NCBI RefSeq assembly: GCF_910592395.1
Contig: NC_088308.1
Coordinates: forward strand, 930,001-994,000
Direction of reading: 5' to 3'
Length of the DNA: 64,000 bases
Origin: Lineus longissimus
Taxonomy: Eukaryota
This document shows positions 12,810-27,295 of this stretch, piece after piece. Position numbers and translations under genes: made by a program. The stretch's first letter is position 1. The number at the start of each line of letters is the position of its first letter. The notes beneath the pieces are model-generated. The model saw only the letters and a list, made by a program, of their open reading frames with translations. It was not told where the DNA came from and ran no database searches.

Positions 12810-15800
12810 CCAGCATGTTATCTTCTATTCTCTGGCATCGGGCCTTTCTCTGACTTTTAAACGGATTCACTGTCCTTGTTATGTTCGACAACCGCTTCCC
12901 ACTTTATCCGACCTTACTCAAAAAGTGTAATTTGAAAACCATGAAAAATTCAAGGACATTGACATACAGTATCAAGGCCAATGCCCGTGAGAGAACAAAG
13001 GCTTCATTACAATCATTCAGTAATCGTTGCCATCAACAACAACCTTGGAACTAAGATATTTTTCACACCATAACTACAAAACTATACTTGTTTACCCCTG
13101 GGAATAGCCTCTCAACCTTAAGATTACCATTTGTTTCTTGTTCATGAAAGCCTAAGTTAGATCGATCCCCGGAGTCATTTTTAACGATTGAGAGTGTTGA
13201 TAATCGCCATAAGGAACTACAGAACGTTTTGTCGTCTCGAAACGTGCCTGAATACCAATTTTTATCGACGATTCAGGGATTGGCTGTCCTTGGAATTAAA
13301 CTGTGTGATGCCTCAATTCTCCTGGGATATTTCTTGCCATTGGCGTCTCTATGAATTTAATCTCTTAGATTTAGTTACATATAGTGTCAACTTTCATGGA
13401 GCACTCTCAAATCGAGTCCTGGTTTTTCATCGCATTTTCTTACTCGACCAAAAGCCTTGCTGCCTGCATAATAACGGATCATCCACCTTAAAATCCACAC
13501 AGATTCCATCGGGTTTCTGCTAGCGATTGTAATGAATCATTATCACCACTTCGCGTGCTCGTACCTATCAACAACTACCGTGTAATTAATGAGAAGCTAT
13601 CTTGTTTACAACAATGAATGTCATTATTCATCTGATTGCACGGATCACAGATTTGACATCGAACATTTTGTACATGCCATCATGGCCATGTTCTCTCGTG
13701 TTACAATTAAGAAGTTGTCATGTTTGCAGTGAATTCTAATGAAATTCTAACGTCAGTTCGTCTGGTTGGTTTGTCGGAGTTAGGTTCGTGTATAGATAGG
13801 TAATGAGAACGATACCAAGACATCAGCCCCAATAGATGAAAATGGGTCCCCACCGAGTCTACCAAATTAATGTTATCAGATATACGAGTTATATAATTAT
13901 TGTCTAACGGCATAGTAGCTGTTAATTATAAACATCGTCGCCGATTTGCTTAATTCCCTCCACAAGCTTTGGTTGTCAACAATGATTGAGAATGATGAAT
14001 AAAATGTCTAATTGGAAATTTGTCGCCTCTTGTGAAGCAGACAGACAGGCCTTGTGATTTCTTTCTTCTTCTTTCTTGCAATACCATTCATTTATGATGC
14101 ATGTGTAGATACAAGTACGCCTATTGTCGATCAGGTGAGAATGTATATCCACTTGTCGTGCTTGAAAGTGCGGGCATCTTGATCGGCGGTGATAATGAGG
14201 AGTTGCTGTGCATAGTTCATTCAGTACAAATGTGCAAATGTGCAGACACCGTGCACAGTGAGGTGTCTCTGTACAATTACAATCTCAGCCGTTGACTAGA
14301 CGTATAGAAATGCACATTAGTGCTACATGCTTAGCTAGCTGAGGTAACAATGAAAAGCAACATGTAGGCTAACGGTGTCTTATTTTTTTCATCTTAGGTG
14401 CATACGCGAAATAACTGAGCTGGGCTATTGGTAAGTCACTTTGTTTACCACATTGTGCTCAACCCGGCTTACACCAATGTGACGTCATCATCTCGCGTGA
14501 TAACGCGCGATCCACCCACCTTTGACCTTTGCTAATAGGTCACGTGATCCAAAGTATAGTTGTGCATGTACATGTTGTTGTTGCTTAGTGTATTTGGCAC
14601 TTACACGACAGCGAGAAAACCTGGTAATAAGAAAGTTGGATTTTGATTACAACTTTTTTGACCGCCCTACGTGTTGCTTTTCATGATCGCACTAACCAGT
14701 TTTGTTTTCGTTGTGCAGGTATTGATAGCAGTTTGTTGTTTCTGGTTCAATGTAATGAAGCGTATTTCGTTCACCCATGTTAGTTTTAGCTGTTACTGGT
14801 CTTGTGCAGTCGCTTCTTTGTTTTTGTGAAAAACAGCAGCATTGTGTCCACATTGTTTCCTTGCACATCAAATATAGGAAAACGATATGTTTCTAAATTT
14901 GGAGAAGTAATGTCTTTCAATCTCCCCGGCTAATATTTCAAACAATAAAGGTCACTAATTCTTTACCGATATTGTGTGGGCTATTCCAGCCTACGTCATC
15001 ATATCAGCGAAGAAATTATTTTATAGTTCGGGATGTACCTGTACTAGGAAGGTTTGATATATCGGTAGGGCAAGTTATACAAAGACGCCTTACTCTTATT
15101 TGAAGTCCGCTCTGAGGTTGAAGAAGTTAGCTCTTATATTAAGTCTCACACTCAGTAAAACTAATACTAAACGCAGTCGTCTTAAAGCCAACATTTCGGC
15201 TTAAGTCACATTTGAGGATGTAGGTTACTATGAATCGTCTGTTATAAACTTGATAAATGAATCTGTATAACTGGGCGGCTCTAATAGGCAATTAGTAGTG
15301 TGGGTAATGAAGTATACCATCTATCTCGCAACGGTCAATTGACCAAATATGATTGAATTTCTAATGCGATGGACCAAAAATTCCGATTAGGATTTTGGCT
15401 AATTGTACCAATTACGTAGGTGTTTAATGACTTTTTGAACTCAGGATTCAGCCAGTACCCTCGTAGATAAGTTGCAGTAGTCATCAATATCTCAACTATC
15501 GTAACTTCACCATTGCTCCTAGTTTCTCGCAGCATCAGAGTAGTACAATAATGATGCCTGTTGATTCCGGGCGCTACACAGGAAAAACCGACATAAGTCT
15601 CATGGATGATCTTGGAGGAGAAAGTTTCTTCAATCAGCATCTATAACTTATAAGAAACTTGATCTAAGGTCGTTCTGACACCAACCGCAGATGTAATGAA
15701 TTACATATTCGAAATACATGGCATTCTGACTTTGCCCTAGCTGTACGTAGAATATGCGTGGACTGTAACCTTGAATATTTGTATTCATGTTATCGCAGGT

Positions 15801-17428
15801 ATTCCCTTGGTGGGTTCTGAAATGATGAAATGATTGCATGTTAGCAAGAGACCAGCTAAACAAACAAATCGTTTCCATATTTCCACCTGTGGAATTCTCA
15901 TCGGATTCCATATTCATTTTTAAAAGAAACTCTTCTTTTCAAGACAATTGAAAGAGTCTGCACAAGTTTATCCTGTAAACCATAGCACAATGTATTATCA
16001 CTATCATTTTAATATCATGAAGAAGGACGCTTCTGAGGGAAAAAAGTAAAATTGGATAGTAAGTAGTTTGCCTGGAGCTGTAAATTTCAGCAATGCGAAT
16101 ATAAATCCTCGTTTGAGTGAATTTGCCTTTAAGCATGGTCTTTAACTAATTAGGTAAATGGACTTTATATGAAATAGTTTCTTTAACTCCATGTCATACC
16201 ATGTTAACAAAACGTTATAACGTGTACTTCAATGTGAATGCTTCTCAACAAACTTGACTTGAAAGTAAGATCACGTTAATCCTGATGCCAAAAACTTGGC
16301 CATTCTGATTTACTTAATTAGCCAACCTTGGTACACCACAGGGTCAAGCCAGAAGGTATTGAGAGATATCATATCGACCACCTAACCACACTTCTATCAG
16401 ACGTTTGCCGATCACTTTTTACAATTCCATGACAGAACCCACGGATATAAACTGAATTCGGGAAGTTATCAGACATTGGATTGATGATTACTCTTGCTGA
16501 ATTTGCTATATAATTCCCTCGCTAGAAAATAACGACTTAGGCTAACACTGCCGATTTCATTGAGAATTGATTTCTTTCTTCACCGGTCAACTTTTGCAAT
16601 TCCACGATAACCCAAGGATTAACAAACTGAATTAGAGAACCCACAGACACAGTGGAGATAGTCGCTCGGTTGTTGCCACACCGTCCTATAACTGCCAATT
16701 TCGTTGGAACATCTTCTCTTTCATTACGATGGAAGAGAATGAATGTCGACAGGTTGGACCGAGCGCCAGGAGGCTAAGACGAGTCCAGAGCGAAACTATA
16801 TCGCTTTCGAACTTTTTGGAAGACTTTACAGTACATGAGTGGTAAAATCGCAATTGCTTCTTTGCATCCACTGTTAGTCTGTTTGTTTACATTACTTTTG
16901 TCCTTTATTTCAAAAACTAGAGTAAATAACATGCCGACATACATCACATGTTCGATATCTGGAGTTATCTTCTCGCCGTGTCTTATGTTTATGCCTACAC
17001 AAGAGATGTGTATGCAAAGTCGCCTGAGTCAGTACAAGTCTTGTCGGGGTCGCTGTCACGAACATGACGTACCTACCTCCTGTGTGTCGTCCTTAAGGTA
17101 CATAATGAGCGTTTTTCTGCGTAGCCGATTGACAAATGTTTAAGTTGCTAATGCGCTGAATCCACGCGGAAATGAGAAGATACAACCGTTTGTGGCAGTA
17201 CGGCATATTGGCTTTGGAGTGCAGGTCTATCTCATGTGAACAATAGTATGCACTTCCGTACGGTTTATGTTTCTTTCCAAACATGCAATCAGTCGTGATT
17301 TTCACAACAAAGCCATGCTTTCCTCCGATCGGTCTTATGAGCTTTCTGACTTTTACGTATTGCATACAGACACAGTTTGTTGCACGCACTGATTCAAAAT
17401 AGCGGACATTATCGATGATTACTCATTT

Positions 17429-17710
17429 CACAAGTACGAGGCTATTTCCGCGTTCGAAACGATTTCTCTAGCAATTTCCTGATTTTTCCGACATAAGTAC
17501 GACACTCTGCGATTTTCTATGCTTTCTCCCTTTCTATGTTTTATCAAGTTCGGCCTATTTTTATAAAGAAATCCCCTACTTGAACATGGAGTGGACCAGT
17601 CCAGTATTTTGCATAGTTTTGTAGAAATCCAAGGTTTTAAGGAAAAGTCGGACAAATCAGGAAAAAATTTGAAAAACCGTTGAGAACTCGAAAAAAGCCT
17701 CCTACTGGCG
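17429..17710. mobile_element. MITE family B with ~60-bp imperfect TIRs (CAC.AGTAGGAGGC)
   Basis: Left arm cacaagtacgaggctatttcc..tttcctgatttttccgac pairs with right arm gtcggacaaatcaggaaa..aagcctcctactggcg; related arms at ~8270-8375, ~26575-26704 and ~41203-41303. Confidence 0.65.
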
Positions 17711-17974
17711 TTTCATTCCATCTTGTGAATAAAACCGCTATCATTCAAGTTGAGTGTTAAGACTTATAACCTGTGTCCTGGTATAATAATAGTACATCAT
17801 GTTAATCGTGCTGTATCTTTCTGTTGTATAGTTGTGTTGGTGGTTCGTGTAATAGACATCAACTAACCCAATGCATCTACTTACAGAAATGTGTCTTGAT
17901 AAAAACAGACACATCGCGAGAAAATGAAGAAAATCTCAGAATCTATGATAATGTAAGTAGATTTGACAATACGA

Positions 17975-18190
17975 TCATTGGATAGTCAATGTAAGGTACA
18001 TGGACGTTGTGCGGTGACTGGCAGCCTGCATTGTCAGTCGTTGGATAGTCAGTGTCAGATGCATCTCTAGACGTTGTATGTGCAGTGACAGGTTGCCTGC
18101 ATATAGTCAGTCGTTGGATAGTCAGTGTCAGGTGCATTTATGGACGTTGTACGGTGGCAGGCAGCCTGCATTGACTCTTTGGTAGTCTGG
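17975..18190. repeat. Degenerate tandem repeat
   Basis: gtcagtcgttggatagtcagtgtcag and tggacgttgt..gcagcctgcattg each recur. Confidence 0.65.
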
Positions 18191-20749
18191 TGTAATAGTG
18201 CAGTGAAGATTCGTGTGTAGTTTTGTGGTGTGTATTTGGAGACGTTGAATGAGACTGATAGATTGTGGCAAATTAGGTGTGGGTGCTTGTGAACGTAACA
18301 TGTTAAAGCTTGATCTACCTACAACACTCTGTTCGTGAAGGGTTTTCGAAAGCTGGCATTGGTCAGATTGCCATTCATACTTTATCAAACAGAAGACCGG
18401 AATAAGGCAGTCATAAAAAATGAGCCAAAGACTTTATTTGTTTGGGACTTCGGGTCCATTTTGCTGGGGAAAACAGCTTTTTTTCAACCTGATTCAAAAC
18501 CATATCACCAGAAATGATCAGATACGTCCGAGTTTTTGGAAATGGTTTGCAACTGGAAGAGAACGTGTTGGTCTATGGTGTTATCGTGAAGTGATGGTCC
18601 TTACTCCTATGATATTACGGTAATAGTCCCATTGGTAAGGCTATTAGTATGTGTTAAGTTACTAGGCTGTTAGATAGCATTTGCTATAGAAAACTTTGAC
18701 GTTTGACGAAGAAAAAGAAACAACTTCGGAATATGACAGCTGCAAGAAATGATCAATATTCGACATTTTTCAACTGTGCTAGGACTAAATGCGTATGAAT
18801 ATTATTGTCTCGTTATCTGTCAGACAGAATGGATGTCCGGCGGCCCATCTATCAATCCAAGAGTCCACATGAGTAATTGTGTGGACGTATCTAATGCTAA
18901 ATGACCTTGACTGGATCATATACTTGTCATCTGATCATATTGATGGCTTTGACGTGGAATTCATCAGTAATCATGAGAATGCATTGAATGCTAACCTTAA
19001 ACCAGAAGTATACATATTGTACATACATATAAACAGTGACGAAGCCTAATGAAGATTTATCTAGGTAGCTGTATAAAATATTAACGCAGACACAAAGCAA
19101 GCATTAAGCCGTCTTGGCTACTTTGAGAATAACGATAGTCAATTGATACTAGTAGATCAGGGACAGATGTGACAAAACTGCAAAACGTTCATTCCCATTG
19201 GCCATAAAAGAACAATACCGTGCCGTGAAAGTATTCTTTTTGGTTGTTTTTGCATTTTAGTCAATTAAGCCGGGTTATCAATGTAACTTAAAAGTAAGAC
19301 CTTTATGAAGTATCTTTGACAATGGAGAGATATTGATTTGATAATCTATATCCGAAATGGTTACTTTAGATGTTAGATACCCGCATAGATATTACTAACT
19401 ACGAATGTGGAGTCCATGACACGAATCAGGAGAATCTGGCAGACTATCGTTAGTCACAGTTGGCCCATATTCCAAATCCTTAATTGTACCCACAAGTCGA
19501 AAAGAATACAAATCGAAAAGAACTTTGAGATGTCCCTCGTTTAATCTGATGTAGATCAATTTCACTCAATCTTAAAATTAAATCATCCGCGCGTTAAATT
19601 AAAATCGGACTTTGACGATGATTTCCTTGAGTGGCAATGTATTTGCTATTGACAAACATAATATGGAGTTCAGGTTTATTTGTTTTTAATTATCGATTCG
19701 TAATGGAGCTGAATTTCCTCATCCATGGTTTTCTCTTTTGTTGGAAGATGAATTGGTTGCTTTTCTTGTTTGCCTTACTTCTTTTGATTAGTTTCTACAG
19801 TCACGGGCCTCAATCAAGTGCGTAGGCTGAGGTATATAGAGGCATCAGTAACCTTACAGCCTTCTTTTGGAGGGATATCGGAACAAGACTTCTTCAACTA
19901 GGCCAATTCAAGGGTAAAGCAGTGATTTTTACTTTCGCTTGAATGTTTTCCAAGATTTTCCAGCTGAAATTGAAACTTAATGTCTTCTACTGGCCGCTGT
20001 GGTAAGAAAGGTCCTTCCAAAGCTCGGCAGTAACATTAATAGAGAGCTACAAAACGAGTTTTATGTTGGTTTTCTATTTCTTTCAATGTAACTACATGTA
20101 GATACATGTAAATGTGTTGGTAATCGTTTAGATTAAGAGCAATACCTTTAAACCGAACCAATATGAACTTCTTTCCCAGCTAATTCGCTTGTTTTTATTT
20201 GGAGAAAGGAAAGATACAGTTTATCGAAATACAAATCAGGAGACCAGTGCCTACCTGGAAATTTAACTCGGCCAATTTACGTACTTAGAATAGTTTGTTG
20301 CTAATAACTTGGTCTACCCATTGACATTGTTTTTCAACCTAATACCCTGAAAAATTACATGTAGGTAACCTTTGCTAATATAGTACAGCATGTGATAGGA
20401 TATAGTACGTCAGGTAGTAATAGGGAATTTGAAAAAGTCTTCTCAATTTGTCTGCAATAGCTTTTTTTCTGAGTGTAACGTAGTTATGGGGATAACATTG
20501 TTGGGGCAGCTGGTTATTTTCTGTGTCTAGTTAAACAGGAGTTTTCGTAAGCTCTTATAACAAGGCTGACGGTATTCAAAAGGTGCTGGCGTGCCAACCA
20601 AAGCGAAGTTGATAAAAAACTCGTGATAAGGAGGTTGGAACCCAACGAAATCTCTTAGGTTCTGGTGAGAGACAAACGAACTCTTGCCGACATAACTGTC
20701 ACTGTGCTGGTCTAAACAGCGACACTTCCAGTCGATGTCAAATGAGTCC

Positions 20750-20930
20750 TAGTCGGAATGGGTGCTGAGTTCCCCGTCGAGTCGAAAGGTTCTGGCATTC
20801 GAGCCGGTGGCCAATAATAACACTCTAATGTCCATTCCGACGGCCAGATGTCGAGTGAGCCACCACCAGAATGCCGGCTTTGTACCATGGAATTGGATAC
20901 TCCATGTAGAAAGGGACGGGGGCACTGGGA
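20750..20930 (+). mobile_element. Possible degenerate tRNA-derived SINE
   Basis: Box A-like TAGTCGGAATGG and box B-like ATTCGAGCC in a locally GC-rich island. Confidence 0.3.
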
Positions 20931-22001
20931 CTAAAATGCATTTCTTATCGGCAAAACTGATTATAAGTGTCGTCTTTTGAATCACTAGAATAGGCAAACA
21001 TTTGATATATTCAGCTGTCTGTCAGAGCAGTTATCAAATCTGCCGCACGAGTACTTCTGTTCAGAGTGATTCATTCAGGATAACACATGTGGACTTCCAG
21101 CGGCTGGTGAACAATCGAGCATTGTTCATCTGTCCAAGAATCTGAGCGATCAAGGGCAGAGCAGTCCACCCTTACCTGACATCATTATTGAGCTGCGATC
21201 TCCATAAAGATCAAATACGTCTTGAATAGTTTATATACCCGGGTAGATATCCCGTGCATGACTGGTTGCTTCCAAATTATAACTGTCCATTTATTTCGGA
21301 GTAAAAGAAGTAACATTCCAGTTGATTTTCTGTTTTATATCTCAAAGGGGTTTCTGCTGGAAACAGTCAGTAAACTTCCTTTAAAACTTAAAAATTATGC
21401 ATCATAAGACGTTCTATCTCAATGGAAGTATAGGAATAGCGTTACCGGATAAGAAAAAATATTCCAAAATGCATTATTGCCCTATCCTGTCAGGAAGGCT
21501 GCTTGGCTAACCTTTGCGAATGAAGATTTGTAGCAGAATAGAACAAAACGTCAAGCAACCAAATGTACTTACTTGCTGCTGTTGGCTTATAGGTTAAGGA
21601 CTTGTCCTCTGTCGTTAGCTACTTACCTCAACATTAACTGAATGATGATGAATTGTGCTTATTCATTAGATAAAGCAAACAAGATTTTGATATTTTGAGT
21701 GATCGCCCATGTTATCATCGAAATATATATACCTGGCTCCATATTCAGTTTGTGTCGCATGCCTCTTCGACCGGTATTCGTTCTCAAGGCTATTCACGTA
21801 TACGATATTCTTACACTTGGTAACTACAGAAGGATGGTAACCCTGGGTGTTGCTCTGGTTTCCCCCTTCCAATAATGTGTTTTAATCCCCTCGAAACCCC
21901 GGTCCAGTAGGTGACACACATTCCTAACTGGCGAGACCAGCAATATGGATCCAAACCTCTTGCTTTCAATTCGCTTCTTACCGTGTTCATTCAGGACTGG
22001 C

Positions 22002-22212
22002 GTCCATAACGAGCTTCAATTTATGTGGTCATGACTATGGGAAGCGTTGTGAATGCAGTGATATCAGCAAATCGTTATCCACCCTGTAATTATCGTACCT
22101 TATCATTGGGGTGAAACGGGTGAGTCCATAGCGAGCTACAAAGTTTGTAGTCATGAGTATGGGAGTTATGAATGCGATACTAGTATGGCGTTATCCACCG
22201 AGTAATTAGCAC
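22002..22212. repeat. Diverged ~122-bp tandem duplication
   Basis: gtccata.cgagct.caa...gtcatga.tatggga...cgttatccacc..gtaatta occurs twice. Confidence 0.6.
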
Positions 22213-25200
22213 GCCTAATGTAGTCAGTGTCCGGTTGCTCATTGAGGAAGGCGTGAAAGAAGCCTCTTCAATGCTCTCTATCTAACTCCTTCTCAAAGGA
22301 TAAGATGACACGTAGTTAACTTAAGGCATTGCCCTCGTATAATCGATGGTCAGTTAAGTAGGAAATCTATCAAAGAGCCTGACTGCTCCTACATCAAGAG
22401 TCTTACAACACCAGCCTTTCTTTCTACCGCAAGATTAGTTTCTGGCCGCGGAATCTTTATGCAAATACTATAAAGCTGTGATCGCTATCGAATCCGATCG
22501 GGGACCTTGAACTGGGACACATACTGGACCAAGTATCAGTGGAATGGGTAGGGGACATAAAGGAAAATCCGCTTACTTGCTTCTTTGATGCTACGGCGAT
22601 TTGATCAACCTTCGAGGCGTCATGATTCACCAATGAAGTCATTGTCTTGAAGCCTGTTATGCTTCTATCAAGTACCACAAGAAGTCAGCTACATGTAAAG
22701 TCATTCTAGCATTCAAGCGAAATCAACAGAAAAAAGATGGCTGGTGCTGTCTCTGAGTTTCTAATTTGTTATCATGTCGTAGTGTTTCTGCACTTTTTGA
22801 CCATGTTTCAGTAAATGTCTTTTTTCAAAATTTCACATTTAAAAAATGGAGAAGTGATATGGGTAAAAGCCTTCCTTTACGAACAGTTATAGAGATAGAT
22901 CTAGAAACGGTCATTTCTGACTTCGTTGAACTGCTAAAACTACTTGCATGTGGGCCGATGTTCCATTGAGCTGGTGCGCCGACTATCGATTTATGTTTGA
23001 GCTGTGTGCGATTCCTCTTTATCCAATCGAGCTGCTGCGGCGGATGGCAAAAGCATTTCTTCTTAGTTGTAGTTGAACGCATGTCGAGCAGATGGAGGTG
23101 TGGTATTTGTTTCATTTCTTGCTTGTGCGCATCTGTCTTGTCAGATGGAGGCTCGATATCCAGTCAGTCTTCTGGCAATGTGCGCATTTATAGATGGAGC
23201 TGACTATTGGGAAATGTGCGAATAATACGGAGTGAATAAATAGATCGCACCGTGGTGACATGGGTGATGGTGTGTAAGGAAAGTAGGCCTAATTCATGAT
23301 TGAGGTGGTGTTTGTTTGTGACGAGTGTTGGAAGTGTCATTACTCCTGGCTCCGGGTGTGGATAGGGTCCTTGACTTCCAGCCAGGCCAGCCGGCCCTGT
23401 CACGGTACGAATAGCCACGGCCTTTCGAGAAAGTGGCATGCGATAGATGGCATGGTGGGATAACCATGTATACTAGAGTGTAACATTCTTGCTCGACTGA
23501 GGGATGGCCATCGACAGCTGGAATGATCTGAAGCTGTTAGTCAGCATCAGAATCTACATGTACTGGTATTAAAAGGATGGTGGGACTCAGCTCGTTTCTT
23601 AATCTGTTGAGGTTTTTAGGTCCACTGCATTCTGAGATTGAACTGAACCACTACCGTATGTTCTAGTTTTGGTGGCTACATTCAGCTGCAAAAGGAGACC
23701 TAAGAGTGCGTTCTTGTTATTCTGTGTAATGCATTAATATCAGTAATTGTCGCGTTATGCTTTGCCCAACCTAATCAAATTAACGTAATATCTGCCACTC
23801 CCTTGGGAGTGGAAGCCAATTCTGATGAATCATCATATTATAACTCTCATATTAAATATGTACTATAAATGATTTCGCAAAGGTACACATGCGTAAAAGA
23901 ATATTCCGAGCTTACGGCATCACTCAATTACAATTCGGTTAATAGACAGCACGGGTCAAGCAAGATCACCCTGCTCCATCAAGGCCACGACTTTCATAGG
24001 CTAAATGAGATGTTTGCCCATCCCCCAGCTCTTATATCTAAAGGTAGCCCCTTCAACAAACCTTTAAAGCTTCACTTTGCAGGCTGAGCCCCTAATAAAG
24101 TTCAGGCTCACAACCGTTCAGTTGATGCTGGCGGATCTGAATGGCTTCATATTACAAAGTTGTCCTTTGAATCTTCTGCCGAGGTTTTTGAACAGGGTTA
24201 TCTTGTTGCGGTCTACGACAGATCTGTTGCTGTCGCCGATCTCGGTGGAAAGTAAGCCTACTATTGCCAACCATATCAGGCACCAATCATCTCTCTCTGG
24301 CGGATTAACTTATTAGGCAAATGATAAGATCTAGATTCGTTAATAATATAACGTTATTTCCCTATAGCCTCGAGAGTTGTCGCAAAGCTAATACAGCGTA
24401 CTCGTTCCTTGTTGGGTTAATAGCCTATCACCGGTACTGCTAACTAGCGGAAAGAACAAGGGGCAAGCCGCCACCGAAGCAACATGGTGGCTATAATTGA
24501 ATATATGCGCTAATAACACCAGATATGCCACATGTAATTATTTTCTTAGGAAAGGATTGTCCTGACATTGTTCGTTATGGTCGTTCAAGGATGGGATGGT
24601 TTACATGATGCCGTTTGGTGAAAGCGTTCCGTACATCCGCTTCACGATGTGGTGAGGATAGCAAGTTTCCAAGGAGCATAAAGCCACAGGTCTTCTTTCG
24701 ATTTTGGCAGGTGTTTCTGACAGTCTGTCAAACTGACATTCGCAAGGAGGAAATGACTAGTGCACTAGTGACTAGTGACAATCTGTTAAGAAAGGTGCAT
24801 TGGCAATCCTAGTCATCTTTTGAAGTAGTATCATGTGGCATTCAAATGCAAATTCGAAAGTCGCTGATATAATCCTAGCAGCTTCATCAGTGCCCCGTTT
24901 CACCTTCTTATGAAGCCTTGGCGAGCTTCTAAGACACGCGATATTGTCTTCACGTTAATTCGCCTCGAAAGATCAACATTTCTGCACTATACCATTGTAT
25001 TCCTTCGCTGGTTGTATCGATGCCAAAAGCTTTAATATGTGTTGGATTAAAGCATCTGAAATCGACATACAACAATTGTCAGCATAAACGGAGATCAATT
25101 GTGATAACTGGCGGACAGGTAACAGGATCTAGATTGAAGAGAACTGTATCTGATTCGATGCGGAGGATCGTTGTCATTTCTTTCTTTACCACGACTTCCT

Positions 25201-27295
25201 GTGATCATGAGACCATATCGTTACCCAAAGCATGTTCAACCCAAGGAATAACAGTGTCCATGGTATGTGATCAAAGTTTTGTAACAATTCAAAGAACATG
25301 ATACAGACGAGAAAGGCAAACGAAACCAAACAGAATTCAACGAAATGCTGCTGTAATGGAATTCGATATCCATATAATTCCTTCACCATTCCATTATTTC
25401 TTGTTAAACAAGTTTCCATTGACCCGTGGATTCTGAATCAATGCAAAGTGCGTATCAACTGCAACTCATTAGAGTGACTAACAGCAAAATAGTTTAACTT
25501 ATACAGTATCTGGATTGGCAAAATAGGTATTTTTCAAAAATCATTCAGAAAAAAAATTGTTTTCTTATTTCAAGGTGGAGCGCTGTATCAAACTAGGCGT
25601 CGTTGATCTATCTTGTTTCGAGTCAGTGATTCAAGTCCTTATCTTTATAGTGCGGAAAGCTTGTGATAGAATTGATGAAGGGAATTTGAATGATGAAACT
25701 GAAACAAAGCCGTTATATGTTTCGTTGGCTCCAGGCTGCTGCCACTTCGGACTATTTACTATTCCCACACGTACAGTTCACGTACGGTTACCAGTCATGA
25801 CGAACATCATGGGCAGGACGTTCCATTTAATATCTCCTGTGCTCTGATCTTTCATAAGATCAACGCCGGGTAGGGCGTAACGCGATAATGTGTAAAAACT
25901 AGTTTTCTCTGTTTCGTGTGGTACGAACAAATTCACCATGATTCGGAGGCTAACTATGAAGAAAAAGATTAAGCGGCCTGCTGCTATGGTGACTGTTTTA
26001 AACAACAGGTGAGTAATCTTTGATCCCTTATTGATTTCTTTCAATTGTGAGATTTCTGCTTGAAGGAATGGCTTGGGTTGTTGACACGGTGAAAGAAGTG
26101 GTGTGGGAAGATTGTACACGAAATCGTCTTCTCTATTCTTCGACCAGCCTTCCTGTGCCTTCTCTCTTTAGCCTGCCCTACTCGACGATGAACCAGACAT
26201 AATTCAAGACAGTGTGTAGCACTTTTACTGACTCTTAACTCGCTTTTCCTACTATGTCAAAATATGTTTCGGGACCGGTACGAAAGTTGACACTGGTCTT
26301 CTAAATACTTCACATAATCCCAATTAGTGCCTGTTATGATTTCGCAAATGCAATCTGTTTATCATCACTTTGCACTATTATTGGCAACATAAGACAACGA
26401 ATGAGAGAAAGGTGAACGGTCAATGCAACTGAATCCAATCTTGAGTGCATAGTCGTTATTCATTGTATATACGATCCGGTTGTAGTAGTGATGATCTCGT
26501 TCGAAGTCTTTGACTGAGATTAACAAAGTTATCTTCAGGGACAGACTCTTCTTTTGGGTAGACTGCTCAAAGCTCGGATTCCCATGAAAACGTTAAAAAG
26601 TCCGAGCTTTGAGAAACACTCGGATAATGTCGGATTTTCCCGGAAAACTCAGGAATAAGATAGAGAAACCTTTTAGAAGTAGGAAAAAGCCTCCTGCCAG
26701 TGATATAGCAAATTGCTTTCGCAATAACGTGTCCTTAGAGTATACGCTGCCATCCTAAGAAATATTTTTTCTTAAAGGATTCCATCCAAATCAATCAGGT
26801 AATTGGCCAATTAATTACTAAGCTATTTCATATCAGTGAGGCAGACTTGAAACATAGAGACCGAGTGTTGGTACAAATCCTTATGACAGATTCCATATCC
26901 CTGGAGGCTTAAGACTCGTTAAATGATGTGATGTTTTAACAAATCTCACCACGAAAAGCCCCATGCATCGAAAACGCTTATCAATGTTCTTTTCATAAGA
27001 AGCATCATTGCGTCAGTCTTGAAGATATGGCCGTAATTTTTAAGATTGGACGCGCAGTTGTCTACATTTCTTCTTGTTTTATACCTCTATTGTCATGGCT
27101 AAGGTGCACCTCCACCACCTAGCCCAACCCCGCCCTGTTTTCAGTGCTTGATCTCCAAAACCTAGTGGTCACATAGCGCAAAAACTTCTCATCTCACAAC
27201 CTACAGTCAATGCTTGTTTTCAGGTGCCAAGCGGCGACTTAGCGCCAACACTCTTCATCCCACAACCTACGATACTTGGTCTCTGGTGCCTTAAG

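Noticed and set aside
22825..23439. Consecutive minus-strand ORFs as a gene
   Set aside because: Interrupted by stops, no convincing splice structure and no recognisable motif.
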